Shown here in pieces: positions 12,825 to 23,419 of a stretch of 64,000 nucleotides of DNA. The notes under the pieces are model-generated. The model ran no database searches, had not been told where the DNA came from, and saw nothing but the letters and a program-made list of their open reading frames with translations. How positions within the stretch are numbered: the stretch's first letter is position 1; every line of letters begins with the position of its first letter. The stretch spans positions 62,001 to 126,000 of the forward strand of contig NW_026515679.1 of assembly GCF_025526975.1 (NCBI RefSeq), in the 5' to 3' direction. The translations under genes and the position numbers were made by a program. This DNA is from Fimicolochytrium jonesii. Its lineage: Eukaryota.

Positions 12825-13994
12825 ATGACAGCCCCCGCCCTGATCGAGTTCCAACCTGTACCGTCTTTTGCCGAGCGATCCTTAAGGGGCACGATGCTTG
12901 TAATCCCCGCGCCAAATGCACTCGGAAACCTAGGACAACTGGCTGTGGATGCACTTATCTCGACACTCAAATTGCAAAGAATCGGCTTTATCGATACACC
13001 TTTCATCGCGCCTGTATGTGGAATAGACTCATATGGGGAGCATGAGGGGGAAGGCGTACTGCATACAACCGTTGAAGGTACTTGCGGAGTGTCAGGTGAG
13101 GGGCAGAAGGCCCCGCTAAACTAAAAAAGCTACCTACTCCTTGTAGTCTACGCGCCGGCGAGTGATTCGGAGCTTCACTTGACCGTTGTGCAAATAAGAT
13201 CTCCTGTGCAGCCGGTATGTCTCTTGAACCTTGATATCGTCATTCTGAGAGCACTGGTATCTCATATCTATAATTATGGCGCTCGTAGAGAAAGGCGGTG
13301 GCGTTTGCGAAACATCTGAAGACATGGATCACGGAAGTCGGTTTCTCAGATGTTGTGCTTGTGACTGGCGCTGATGCAGGGCGTAGAGACGACAGTCAAA
13401 TGGCAACGTAAGAGACTGATAGGCATTCACTGAACGCAAGGCGATGTATTGCTGATCTACTGCATGTGTAGTGAACCACTGAGAGTCCTTCCTACCGCCT
13501 CCTCTCCAAGTCGCCTGCTAGACCGGGCTACGGAGTTGGGAATCACGGTGCTGGGTACCGACGAAATGAAGAGGGCGTGGGTGACGAAACCCAGCCCTGT
13601 TCCTCCAGGGGCGGGAGTATCACGATTCGTTTTCGATGAGTTCAGCACGCAGGAGTCCGGGAATGAGATACCACTGCTTATCGCCCTTTGGTTTGCGAAC
13701 GATGGAGGTGAGAGATTGGGGACTATACTCACAATCCAGAAGGAGAACGCCAAGCTAACAGGCGCTGCGCTCTGTAGACCCAACGCAAGCATTGCAACTG
13801 GCATCTGCAGTGTTTCGAATCATATCTTCGAAAGGTAGGAGGTGTATGTACTGTCATTGCTCAAAGAGGCCCGGCCCGCTGATCAACTTTATCTGGATTG
13901 TGCAGATACGCCGCCGGTCGAGGAATGGAAGGTGCCTGCCTCATGGTCGTTCCTCTATGGCTCCCAGCGCTTCACGAAGGAGCTGTTCCAGTGA
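12825..13994 (+). CDS. Proteasome assembly chaperone 2 (PAC2/PSMG2)-like, multi-exon
   Basis: LVIPAPNALGNLGQLAVDALIS, LHTTVEVY, LTVVQIRSP, WFANDGD and the C-terminal WKVPASWSFLYG; stop TGA at 13992-13994. Confidence 0.85.
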
Positions 13995-14479
13995 TTTGCG
14001 AGCGCCTTGCGACCTTCCGAAAGTAAAGAGGCACAAAGCTACGGCCTGGGAGTCTCCAGCGGTGTATCGTACCGTACAGTAGGGTGAGGGAGGCCAATAG
14101 CGCGTAGAATGCGTCGCACGTTGGCCTTCCCACTCTCAGTGCAGGCTAGGGTTATCGTCGTAGACACATTTGCAGTCGGTTAGATGATTCGCTGTCCGAA
14201 TAGAGTGTCTCACTTGCATTCATCAATCAGAAAAGAAGGGGATGAGGTGATTCTTGTGAACAGAATCCGTTAACGCACCGCGGATGGTCCTCGCAAGGAC
14301 TAACTCGTTCGTATCCAAGAGCGTTGCAAGCCTTCGCTTCTTCGCATCACGGAATTTCTTGATACATTAGATTGTATATAGTGCGCAGTGTTCTGTTTTT
14401 TGACGTCTGTAGCATAGAATCAAAAAAAAGGTGTGAGAAGCTTTTTTTTTTGAGTTTGCATGGCACGCTTTGTCTACAT

Positions 14480-15908
14480 CTACTTGCGCTCAACAAAGGC
14501 TTTGAGCGTATCTTCAACCACTTGGAAACTTGCTACAGAATTGTGCCCTCCATGCTTCACCTCTAGATACCACACGTCATCCCTGTCTCCATTCTCGCCC
14601 CGATCTGCGACCCACAACCAGCCTTCATCGCGCACCAGAGGCCGCACTACATATCCATCATGTCTTGTCACTTCCTTGGGGTGGTCCTTGGCCAAAGCCG
14701 TGCCCACATTCTCCTTGGGGACAGTAATGTCCTTGGAGAGTCGTGCAGACACGGAGGATGTAAACAACGAGCGCGCCTGCCAAGGCAAGATCTCGAAGTC
14801 GCGAGACCCCGTCACAAGGAGCAGCGGCACACCAGGGGTTTCGCGGAGGTAGTGGGTAGAATTCCAGCGCTCAGAAACGAATCCCTTAACTCTCTCCGTG
14901 GTGGCTGGGTGGTGTTTGAAGGGCCAGAGCAGCGGGACGATCGGATATCCTATCGCAGCGTCAGACATAGATGCGTATGGTGCTAGAAGGATTACACCGC
15001 CGATCCTGTAGTTGTTACTGACGCGGTGAGCGAGGTAGGAGGCCACACCGGTGCCCAACGAGTGCCCGATGAGGAAGATCTTGTGTTGGGGAATCCCTTT
15101 GGAGAGCACCCATTGGAATGTTGCCTCGGCGTCTCGTTGCACACCGGCTTCGGTCGGGTAGACGGGATCCGAGTCGGCGAACCCGCGATAGTCGACGGCT
15201 ATGATATGGGAGCTGCCAAGCTGCTGAATCATCTAAAGGGAATAGCAAACATCAGCCATGCGTTACATCGTCGTCACACATCCTGATAAATACTCGTGCC
15301 TTGTACAATTTCGTTCGATGTCCCGTAGCGCGGTTGCCCGAGTTCCCATGAAAGTATAAGAACACCCTGTCAGCGCTCTCCAGCGCCGCATCGAACCGGT
15401 CCTCGCTGGACCCAGCGATCCGCGTGTCGGCGAAGATAGATGGCGAGGACGTGCGGGGGAGGACGTGCCATGCTCCCAGAGTTACATTGTCAGAGGTGTG
15501 AATCTTCACATTCCGCACGGTCGATGCTAAGAAATATTTTGCGAAAATGAGTACGATACTCCTTCGGAAATTGTGAGAACGTCCCCTTGGCATATTGCTG
15601 GGAACAACCCTCGCGAAGATCAACCCACCGCGGAAACCATAGCCCACAGCTCCGTCGTTCCAGTCAACTCCGAAAGGTATGCGAACCCAATGCAGGTACG
15701 TGAGTGCCGGCTGCAGTTCTGGGAAGTAGATGAGAGCCGACAAAATTGCCTGAATAGAGAGGAGGCAGGATCGGTCAAGAAAGGCGTAAGATCGGCGGTC
15801 CAGGATCGGTCAATATCTCCGGAGTGGCCGACTTACGATATATGAGGTGGTGCCGAGGATAGCCAGACGGAGGAGCTTCTTTACGCACGACGGCTTTCGT
15901 TTGGCCAT
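14480..15908 (-). CDS. ABHD12-like membrane-anchored alpha/beta hydrolase (monoacylglycerol/lysophospholipid lipase family)
   Basis: N-terminal TM segment (LLRLAILGTTSYIAILSALIY), TSDNVTLGAWHVLP, LYFHGNSGNRA, VDYRGFADS..PTEAG, IGHSLGTGVA, HGGHN. Confidence 0.9.
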
Positions 15909-16073
15909 GCTTGCAATGCTGTCCTGCAGGTCACTGTGGAGCCGGGTATGACGGACGTGCTCGAAACACAGGTAGCGGCCAAAAGTTACAGAAATTGTAC
16001 GTTCAACGCGCTTCAGAAATTGACAGCGCTGGGCGTCTGGCGTCGATTATTTCGTCATCACCGGTATACAAGA

Positions 16074-16967
16074 CTAAACCCATGCCCAATCCACGTGCAT
16101 GCGGTAGAGGTTTTGCTTCGCCTTTGAAAAGATAGGTATGATTGACGTAGATGTGGATCGGATGCTCCGTTTAGTGGGCAGATCTCCTAGCTGCTCACAC
16201 ATTGCCGTCCAGGTTGTGTTCTCTTCATCATCATTGTCAAAACAGAGGACACCAAACTTGCGGTGGCGTAGGGAGAGTGCGTAGATTCGACGCTTGGCTG
16301 AAAGAAGGTGCTGGATGGCATTCGACGTTTCTAAATGCGTCGGCTGCAGAGTTCCCAAGACCTGGTTTCGCTTCCATAGTGGCCCGATAAGAATTCTGTC
16401 GCTGACCATATCGCAGAACCCAAGTGCATGAATCTCCATGATCTTCCTGAAGACCTGGGTTTCCCCCTCTGAATTGGACGCGGATGGTTGGGTCTGCAGC
16501 AGCAGGACTAGAGGTTCCCAACCCGTCCACGGGTTGCCTTCAATGTCCCCGTTGCCAATATCGCTGGAAGAGGTTTGTGCCGTGTTTGACTCGTAAAGTA
16601 GAGAGGCAATCTGGGGCGTTACGGACCCACATTCTCCTGATGTGAGAAGGGGATAGGTTCTCGTCAACCGTTCGAGGATGTATGTCAATGCAACAAAGTG
16701 GGAGTTGGCCTGAGCAATCAGCTCTGCACTGACGTTGGCTGCTGCAGAAAACTCCTCTGCCGTAAGTTGTTCGTAGGTGTTCAGTGTACTGCTCTGGCTT
16801 GGCAACGTGGTGGCGTGAGTACGCTGAATTTGGAGAGTGACGCTGTGAACAATGGCATGAGGAGCTTCTCGTTGGCGTCGTTTGCGTCGTTGTGAGCGGG
16901 TTGCTGAAAGTTCACCGCTCGCGTGCTCTCCCACTTCCATATTGGACATCTGTGTGTTGGTCTCCAT
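16074..16967 (-). CDS. Hypothetical protein (~297 aa), no family recognised
   Basis: ATG-initiated 297-codon ORF with a basic NLS-like stretch (RSQRRKRRQRE) and helical-looking composition. It fills the gap between two recognised genes. Confidence 0.55.
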   Translation of the reverse strand: METNTQMSNMEVGEHASGELSATRSQRRKRRQREAPHAIVHSVTLQIQRTHATTLPSQSSTLNTYEQLTAEEFSAAANVSAELIAQANSHFVALTYILERLTRTYPLLTSGECGSVTPQIASLLYESNTAQTSSSDIGNGDIEGNPWTGWEPLVLLLQTQPSASNSEGETQVFRKIMEIHALGFCDMVSDRILIGPLWKRNQVLGTLQPTHLETSNAIQHLLSAKRRIYALSLRHRKFGVLCFDNDDEENTTWTAMCEQLGDLPTKRSIRSTSTSIIPIFSKAKQNLYRMHVDWAWV

Positions 16968-17141
16968 GTCGATCGAGGAGTCGAGGACACGTCTCCGTGC
17001 AGTTTGGTGAAGTGCGTGTCGGTCTTGCGAGTGGACTTTGTATTTGCTGTAGTTTCTGGCCAGAGGACAGAGGGCGCCCTTTTATCGCGCCTCGCGACTG
17101 CCTCGCCCCCGTCAGCACTTATTATACTCTCCTCAGTCCTT

Positions 17142-17188
17142 CCGCGATCAGTGATGTGGCATGTCGAAAAATCATGGAAAACGTGCAT
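17142..17188. repeat. Dispersed 47-bp direct repeat, copy 1
   Basis: CCGCGATCAGTGATGTGGCATGTCGAAAAATCATGGAAAACGTGCAT matches 20377-20423 at 45/47 positions. Confidence 0.9.
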
Positions 17189-17383
17189 CTGTAGCACCCC
17201 CCACAAGGTGAACTCGTGTGTCGATAGGGATTCCAGATACTGTACAATGTGGAGTTCGAGTCACCCCGCCGGCCCCCCGTCAACCACTTGCGCGGAGGTG
17301 ATGGCCGGTGACTTCTGCTCTCTTGGAAGCCGTCAGGAAACATTTCATAGCGAACTTCCAGACTTCTTCGCGGCGTTGATGGA

Positions 17384-17508
17384 CAGCCAGGTTGCAAAAG
17401 CTGTCTCTCCTTCTGATTGAATTCAATGACTGTTTCACGTGGCAGAGAGGTGCGTCGGGAGGACACTGACTTAAACTCGAGGAGAGATAGCTTTTTGCAA
17501 CCTGACTG
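17384..17508. repeat. Inverted repeat / hairpin (28-29 bp arms, ~68 nt spacer)
   Basis: CAGCCAGGTTGCAAAAGCTGTCTCTCCT (17384-17411) versus AGGAGAGATAGCTTTTTGCAACCTGACTG (17480-17508): 2 mismatches and 1 indel. Confidence 0.85.
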
Positions 17509-17683
17509 GACATTGACTGGACATTTTTCTGTGACAGCTGCATACATGTGAGTTACAGAAACGCAAAAGTTTTTGCGAATGAATAGAAAACGAAATACTG
17601 TACAAGAAAGGTGGTTTTCAAAATTGCTATAGCAAGGGGGTATATGTAACAAAAGCTCGATTATCGTCCTGAGTGTGCGACAC

Positions 17684-19669
17684 TTAGCGTGCTGGCACCA
17701 TGGGGATGTAGTTCCCTATGCCCCATTCGGCGCCAGCCTCCTGTGCTAGCCGTTCCGGGCCCGGAACGGTGCGCCTGACGGGTTTCTTGAAGGGCTTGGT
17801 GCCAAGACTTCGGCTCCGTGGGCGCTGTGTGGCCTCGGTGATGGCCGGGGAATAGAGAGCCGGTCGGAGAAGGGAGGCGAGGTTGTATGCACTCCGAACA
17901 CGCGGCGGCGGTGTCTCCACGTATTCGTCTTCGTATGCGCTTATCGCGGCTTCCCTCTCGGCAGCACGTTGCTGTTCCTGTTGGATTCTGTGCTTGAACC
18001 ATAACCGCCAGGACGAGTTCTCCACTCGTCGCTGGATGAAATCCGATGAGCGCATCTTGCTGTAGTACTTCCAGGTCGAAACGACATCGTTCTTCTTGTG
18101 GCAGATCTCTTGGATCATGTCCGATGGCCTCTCGTCCTGTTCGAGGGCTACAAGGATCTCGTTCCGGGCAGTGGTGGAGGCGTCTTTCGTCTCCCATTCG
18201 GGCTGTTGCGACGACATCGCATCGCGAGCTATGCGTTGGGCTTCTTGAGAATCCAACGATACGGAAGCCGATCGCCGCAGCCCACCTAAGCGGTCGCGGG
18301 CAGGCCGGTTTCGCATCCGGTTCAAGAGGACGGCACCATATCGAGTTTGAGGGTCTGCAAGAAAGTTCATATGGTGAGGATCAAGGGATAGAATTCATTC
18401 CATCAGAAGCCTACACCTACGTTCTTGCAAGCGAACTTGCTTATCCTTTGCGGGCGCGAAGTTTTTGAAATATCCGTCCCAGCTCAGGTTCTTCAGCTTT
18501 GCTACCGTCGAAATGTCTGCCTTGACTTCATTTGCAAACTCAACTGCCGATTGACCAGGTTTCCGCGACCTTGGTGGGAGGTAGTGCACGTCCGCGACCA
18601 GAGCCCACCGCGTCATTAGGTAGAGCAAGTGCTTGGTGAATGTCTGTGTCTTGCTATGCCAGTAGGCATCTGCCCATCGTTTATTGTACTTGATCGCAAC
18701 CGGCGCAACAACAGCGTCGAGATCGAAAGCGCCTTTGTGGAACAGTACGGTGTATTCGTTATTGACACAAGTGCCTTCCGGGAAGATCAGGAGCGGAACG
18801 TTGTTCGGGTTTGAAACGTGCAATCGCATTCTATCAAGGGGAAAGCACGGTCAGCCTATGAGCTTTGAGCCATTCGGTCCCAACCAAAGAGATGTACTCA
18901 CTTTTGCGCCAATACCGTTCGATCATTCTTTTCATTCCGATTGAACATGAGCGAGCCGTTCAATGTCAATACGCTATGTTCGAAGTATCCAATGATGCCG
19001 CCATGAGTCTGAGCCACCGTCGCATGCGGGAAATCGTTGGCAGAAAGCACCAGGTAGTCGATGACAGACGTATGATTGGAGACGAAGATGTGAGGTTGCG
19101 ACAGCTTTGGCTTCTTTCCATGATATCGAACTCGACTTCCCCAAGACATGAGGAATGCCTTGCAGTATGAGCGAAACAGCCACCGCTGCCATTCCTCGCT
19201 CTTCAGCCGTAAGACCACCGGTAGTGCAATGAAGAAGAGGACCGTGGCGACTAGCAATAATCCGAGGCGGTATGGGAACAGGACGAAGTAGCGAAGGACC
19301 CAACCAAGCCAATAGAGGGGACCAAGGAGGATCGTCTTTGGGGAGAAGCTTCGACGTGGTCCTTGTTTGAAGCATTTCGAAAACTCGTCCTACAGGAATG
19401 CACAGCTGAGTGTTAGATACTTGTACGTCAGGTCCGACGGAAGTGCGACAGTGTTGGAGATGTGAGCGTACCTGAGCGATGGCCTGCCCAGCATAGCTCA
19501 TGAAGGCCAACCCATCCTGAAGCGCGAAGCTTGGCGCTTTTCCTCCGTTGACAGCCGGTCCGCCAAACTTCTGTTCAAAGCCAGGCAGTAAGTCCGACGA
19601 CGCTTGTTTGCGCGCCGACTTTCTGGGCGATGCTGTCGTCAAATAGGGTGCTGTCGCGACAGGCGGCAT
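17684..19669 (-). CDS. Glycerol-3-phosphate acyltransferase (GPAT3/4, GPAT9 type) with C-terminal DUF1752-like motif; multi-exon
   Basis: IAQDEFSKCF, LRYFVLFPYRL, FVSNHTSVIDY (HxxxxD), HGGIIG, MFNRNE, LLIFPEGTCVNN, FHKGAFDL, PVAIKY, LSWDGY. Intron 18355-18420 splices in frame to an exon with TWKYYSK..RRVENSSWRLW. Confidence 0.92.
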
Positions 19670-20376
19670 TTGGAACAGTTTCTCGCGATAAGCCACAATG
19701 CGGTAGTCCGACGCAGTAAACACAAGAGCCTTTCAGGCAGAAAGGGATGGAGCAGAGGTGTTCCAACTCTTTATACCAGCCTCCTCTGCCAGTCTGCTGA
19801 CGGTCAGTTCGTCGGTGTTTTCTCCGGGGTTCTCTTTTTTTTTATGTTTGTGGTGTTGTGGTTGTGATGTTCGTGTGCGCAGGTCACACCTCCGTTTTGG
19901 TGTACGGGTTGCGAGTTGAGTGACTTGAAATTGAGTCCCTTCTGATCCCTTCTCTGTCCTCCGTACGTATTTAGATTTCCTTCAAGATCAGGTGCGATAA
20001 TGGCTAACCCATCCTTAATCTTTTTTTCTCGTCCTCGTCATCTTGGATTCTCATTTCGCCTTTCCTCAGCCTTCGCTTTCGGTCGGCCCCGGCCTTCGGT
20101 GGATCTCGCGTGCACCGTCGGTGTGGCAAGCCACACACGAAAGCTTCTCGCCGTCCCAGGTTTCCGGACTTTTCCACCTTTCCCAAGTGACGCGTCGTTA
20201 TTAGAAGCCCCAATTCCCTCAAATCGCACCAATGGAAACGGGAATCCGGGGATGTAGTGGAACTTGGAACAAGATAACCTTGAATACAACCTTGTAATCC
20301 TGCGCAAGGGTTACCCTTCGAGGCTTTCCCAGCACCTCATCTCCCGCCCGTCACAGCCCATCGATATTTCTGGTTG

Positions 20377-20423
20377 CCGCGATCAGTGATGTGACATGTC
20401 GAAAAATCATGGAAGACGTGCAT
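20377..20423. repeat. Dispersed 47-bp direct repeat, copy 2
   Basis: 45/47 identical to 17142-17188. Both copies are followed downstream by TCCAGATACTGTA (17232-17244 and 20449-20461). Confidence 0.9.
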
Positions 20424-21027
20424 GCAATCAAATCTGCTGTGTATCAACTCCAGATACTGTAGGTTCTCCTCATCTTTCTCCTGTCAGGTTCTGTCTCAGG
20501 TTTCCTGTCAGGTTCTCCTCATCTTTCCGTCCGAGGCTTGCGGCGCAAGGTACCGCTGCCCGATTTCCAACCGTAGCTCCATGTGCAGAAGCTCCGAGTT
20601 CTCCCGCACGCTGAACAACTCATCTGGAGTGAACCGTCCATCGAACTTCATCGATTCTTAAAGGCTGAACTTGTATAGTAAAACTCAATCGTGCAGCTGC
20701 GTGCTGTCGAATTTCTGCAAGCCACAGCAGAAGGAACTGGGAAGGAATGCAGTACTGTACATGGACACATACGCAATATGCGTCGAAATGTACCCCAACA
20801 TTCCTTACCATTCAATATGTGAGATCTGTACATGCGACTGTCATTTCTGCTGGACAAGGTTGCGACTCCGAGGGCATGGCGCGTGTGTCATCGGTGGCTT
20901 GCGCGCACCCCACGTTTCTCGCTTCCCATCCCACGCTGTGCGTGAGGTATACTAACCTTTTTTTCGACTCCCTCATCGTCGTCAACCGTCATACGGGCTG
21001 AGGGTCCTCTTAGCTCCCTTCCACGCA

Positions 21028-22248
21028 ATGGTCATTCCCATGCCCTATTCGGAGTTGACCTATCTGAACCCTCCTCAGTCCTTCGGCTACCGCGAGCGAC
21101 ACTCACAGACACCGGTTATTTTTCTGCAAGGGCAGAACGACGTCAGGAGCACCATAACAGAAGCCTTTAGCATTTCGGCTTCAAGTCCTCAGTGGGACTT
21201 CTTACCTTTCCAGGACGTTCCGCCTTTGAACTGGACCGACCGATGGCTCGACTCACCCGGCCAGTCTGACTCGGCTGCAGACGAGTTTGTCCATCTGCAT
21301 ATCGAAGGAGTGCCTATTTTACCGTACCTTTCCTATGACGACGAGAGTAGGGGCGGTGGGGAGCATGAAGCTGGGAGTGAGGATCATGAACTCGAGGCTC
21401 TGCTGGAGGAAACGTTTGAATTGCCCGAGACGGACGAAGGGTTGGAAGCAGATAACGAGGTCGGTCGACAACCAGACGAAGCCGACTCGGCACCTGAGGC
21501 CGAACAAACTCACGAACGTGGTGATAGAGAACCCGAGGACGACAACATGTTTGCGATCGATCCTCATCAGCTGCACCGCCCTCTGGGAGCGGCCTCGAGG
21601 CTTCCGTTTACGTTCGGCGCCACCAGGCAAACTTCCTCAACATCACAAATCGTCCCAACAGTACCAGCCATCTTCCGATCCTGGACCCCGTACTTCGCTC
21701 AGCGCCGAGCAACGGATTCGCCGGTCAGTACACGTTCAACACCACCGCCCCTAGTCCCGGCTTTGGAAGATAACGCAGCACCGCCTACGACTGAAACGCC
21801 CAGGAGTGGGATGTGGGCGAGGAGAACTGGCGGTCCACCTAGGCACGACGCAGAAACTTCGACGACAATTACCATCCCCACGCCATCCTTCCTAGGAACG
21901 GACAACACACGCGCAATCACACCGCCCTTCCAGCGCGTCTTGGCCGATTTCCACGCCGCCTTCGGTGACGATTTGCCCGACCTCGAGCGTCTTGTTGCCC
22001 TCTGCCCTTCCCTCGGCACCGAGGGCTTCATGGATCCTAACGAGCCATCAGGCGAAACGAGCACACCCCATCCTACATCGCTCCCATCTCGATCCCTGGC
22101 ATCCCGACGAAACTTACCTCCGCTCTTGGCATTCGACCCGGACAGCTATATACCCTTGTCGGATGTCGGGCAGATTAACCCGTTTGGCGATGTGGGATGG
22201 TTGGGGAAACGCAAGAGGGATGCGGATGATGATGGGGTAGGCAGGTAG
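21028..22248 (+). CDS. Hypothetical acidic/Pro-Thr-rich, probably disordered protein; 5' exon uncertain
   Basis: 406-codon ORF, acidic middle, C-terminal KRKR; a possible upstream exon near 20876-20941. Confidence 0.55.
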   Translation: MVIPMPYSELTYLNPPQSFGYRERHSQTPVIFLQGQNDVRSTITEAFSISASSPQWDFLPFQDVPPLNWTDRWLDSPGQSDSAADEFVHLHIEGVPILPYLSYDDESRGGGEHEAGSEDHELEALLEETFELPETDEGLEADNEVGRQPDEADSAPEAEQTHERGDREPEDDNMFAIDPHQLHRPLGAASRLPFTFGATRQTSSTSQIVPTVPAIFRSWTPYFAQRRATDSPVSTRSTPPPLVPALEDNAAPPTTETPRSGMWARRTGGPPRHDAETSTTITIPTPSFLGTDNTRAITPPFQRVLADFHAAFGDDLPDLERLVALCPSLGTEGFMDPNEPSGETSTPHPTSLPSRSLASRRNLPPLLAFDPDSYIPLSDVGQINPFGDVGWLGKRKRDADDDGVGR

Positions 22249-22502
22249 TTTTAGGTAGTTTTAGGCGCTTTGATATGCTCTTTTCTTTTCACAGTCCCCG
22301 TAGACAACGATCGCGCGGGCAGCGCGGTTAAGGATATCCCTGGTTCTTTCTTTTTGGCTATATATTACACCGCGCTATCTGACAAAAAAATGCGATGTCG
22401 TGGAATTGGTTGACGGGAGTATATGATGGCTATTGCATATACAACGGGACATCTCTAAACCTCTCCCTGCCTATGCACCTCCTTGCCCGACAAATCAGGA
22501 GA

Positions 22503-22916
22503 TCAAAGCTTGGCGGGCTTAAAGGGAAAGATCTCCCACGATTTCCACACGTTATTCTTCACGTAGACGTCTGCGCGTACGAATTCCTCGACGGCCTCCT
22601 TCGACTCCATATCGACCACCAGCACGCTGCCGACCATTTTCTCCTCATTTGGGCTGTCGAGAATAGCACCCCCGAGCACGATCTTGCCTTCCGCTTTTGC
22701 AGCGGCTACCTTTTCGAAGTGAGCGGGCCTCACATCCAACCTCCGCTGTAGGGCTCCCGAGTCCGTTGCATCGTGCGCGACCACAACGTAAGGTTTTCCC
22801 ACAAAGGCCGTCGCCGAGAGGTATCGAGTCTGAGCGGCGGACAGGCTGAACCGATACGAAGACCGGACAACGTTGTTGGCAGCGTAAGGAAGGCGGGTTG
22901 CTATTGACATAGTCAT
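22503..22916 (-). CDS. YCII-related domain protein with putative mitochondrial targeting peptide
   Basis: YVVVAHD...LQRRLDVRPAHF, VLGGAIL, MVGSVLVV, FVRADVYVKNNVW. N-terminus is Arg/Ser/Ala-rich and lacks acidic residues. Confidence 0.88.
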   Translation of the reverse strand: MTMSIATRLPYAANNVVRSSYRFSLSAAQTRYLSATAFVGKPYVVVAHDATDSGALQRRLDVRPAHFEKVAAAKAEGKIVLGGAILDSPNEEKMVGSVLVVDMESKEAVEEFVRADVYVKNNVWKSWEIFPFKPAKL

Positions 22917-23419
22917 CTTGAAAGGTGGGATGTGAGCGCGATGCAGGAAGGGAGGTCGTGAGGAATTCGTCTGCGTATGTGGAACGTGGTGGAAGAATCT
23001 ACCGTCCTGATGCAGCGCAATCTTGGACGAGCTGAGGGGAATGGGAGAAGGGAGCCAGCGAGCGCGTGGGGGACTGCGAAGGCCGGCGGCCGCTCAGTTC
23101 TTGTTGTTGTCATTAGATATCAAGGGAAACAAACACGCGCCCTCCGCCCTCATCATTCCCATTCCCGCTCATGAGTCGGCCTCTGGCGTTCGAAAGGTTT
23201 GGACTTTGAACACCGCCTCGGTTGCCGCCAAGAGTTGCGAAGAACTGAGCGAGCTCCCCCGTCAGCAACTTATTATACGTACTATATATATATATCCACG
23301 GGGCGAAAACAACCTCTACCTTCGCAAGCAGAGTCACTTCCCACGTCACAGCTCGGTTCCCCACCCTACGACACGAAACAGTCTGCCGACTTCATCTTGT
23401 TGCCACGCGTTAGACAGCA

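Noticed and set aside
17248..17278. tRNA-like T-loop (GGAGTTCGAGTCACCCCGCCGGCCCC)
   Set aside because: The T-stem has two mismatches and there is no D-arm, anticodon arm or acceptor partner upstream. At most a fragment.
20000..20860. Short ORFs and AGGTTCTCCTCATCTTT / TCCTGTCAGGTT repeats between GPAT and the 406-aa ORF
   Set aside because: No recognisable domains or coherent exon chain. Treated as intergenic with local micro-duplications.
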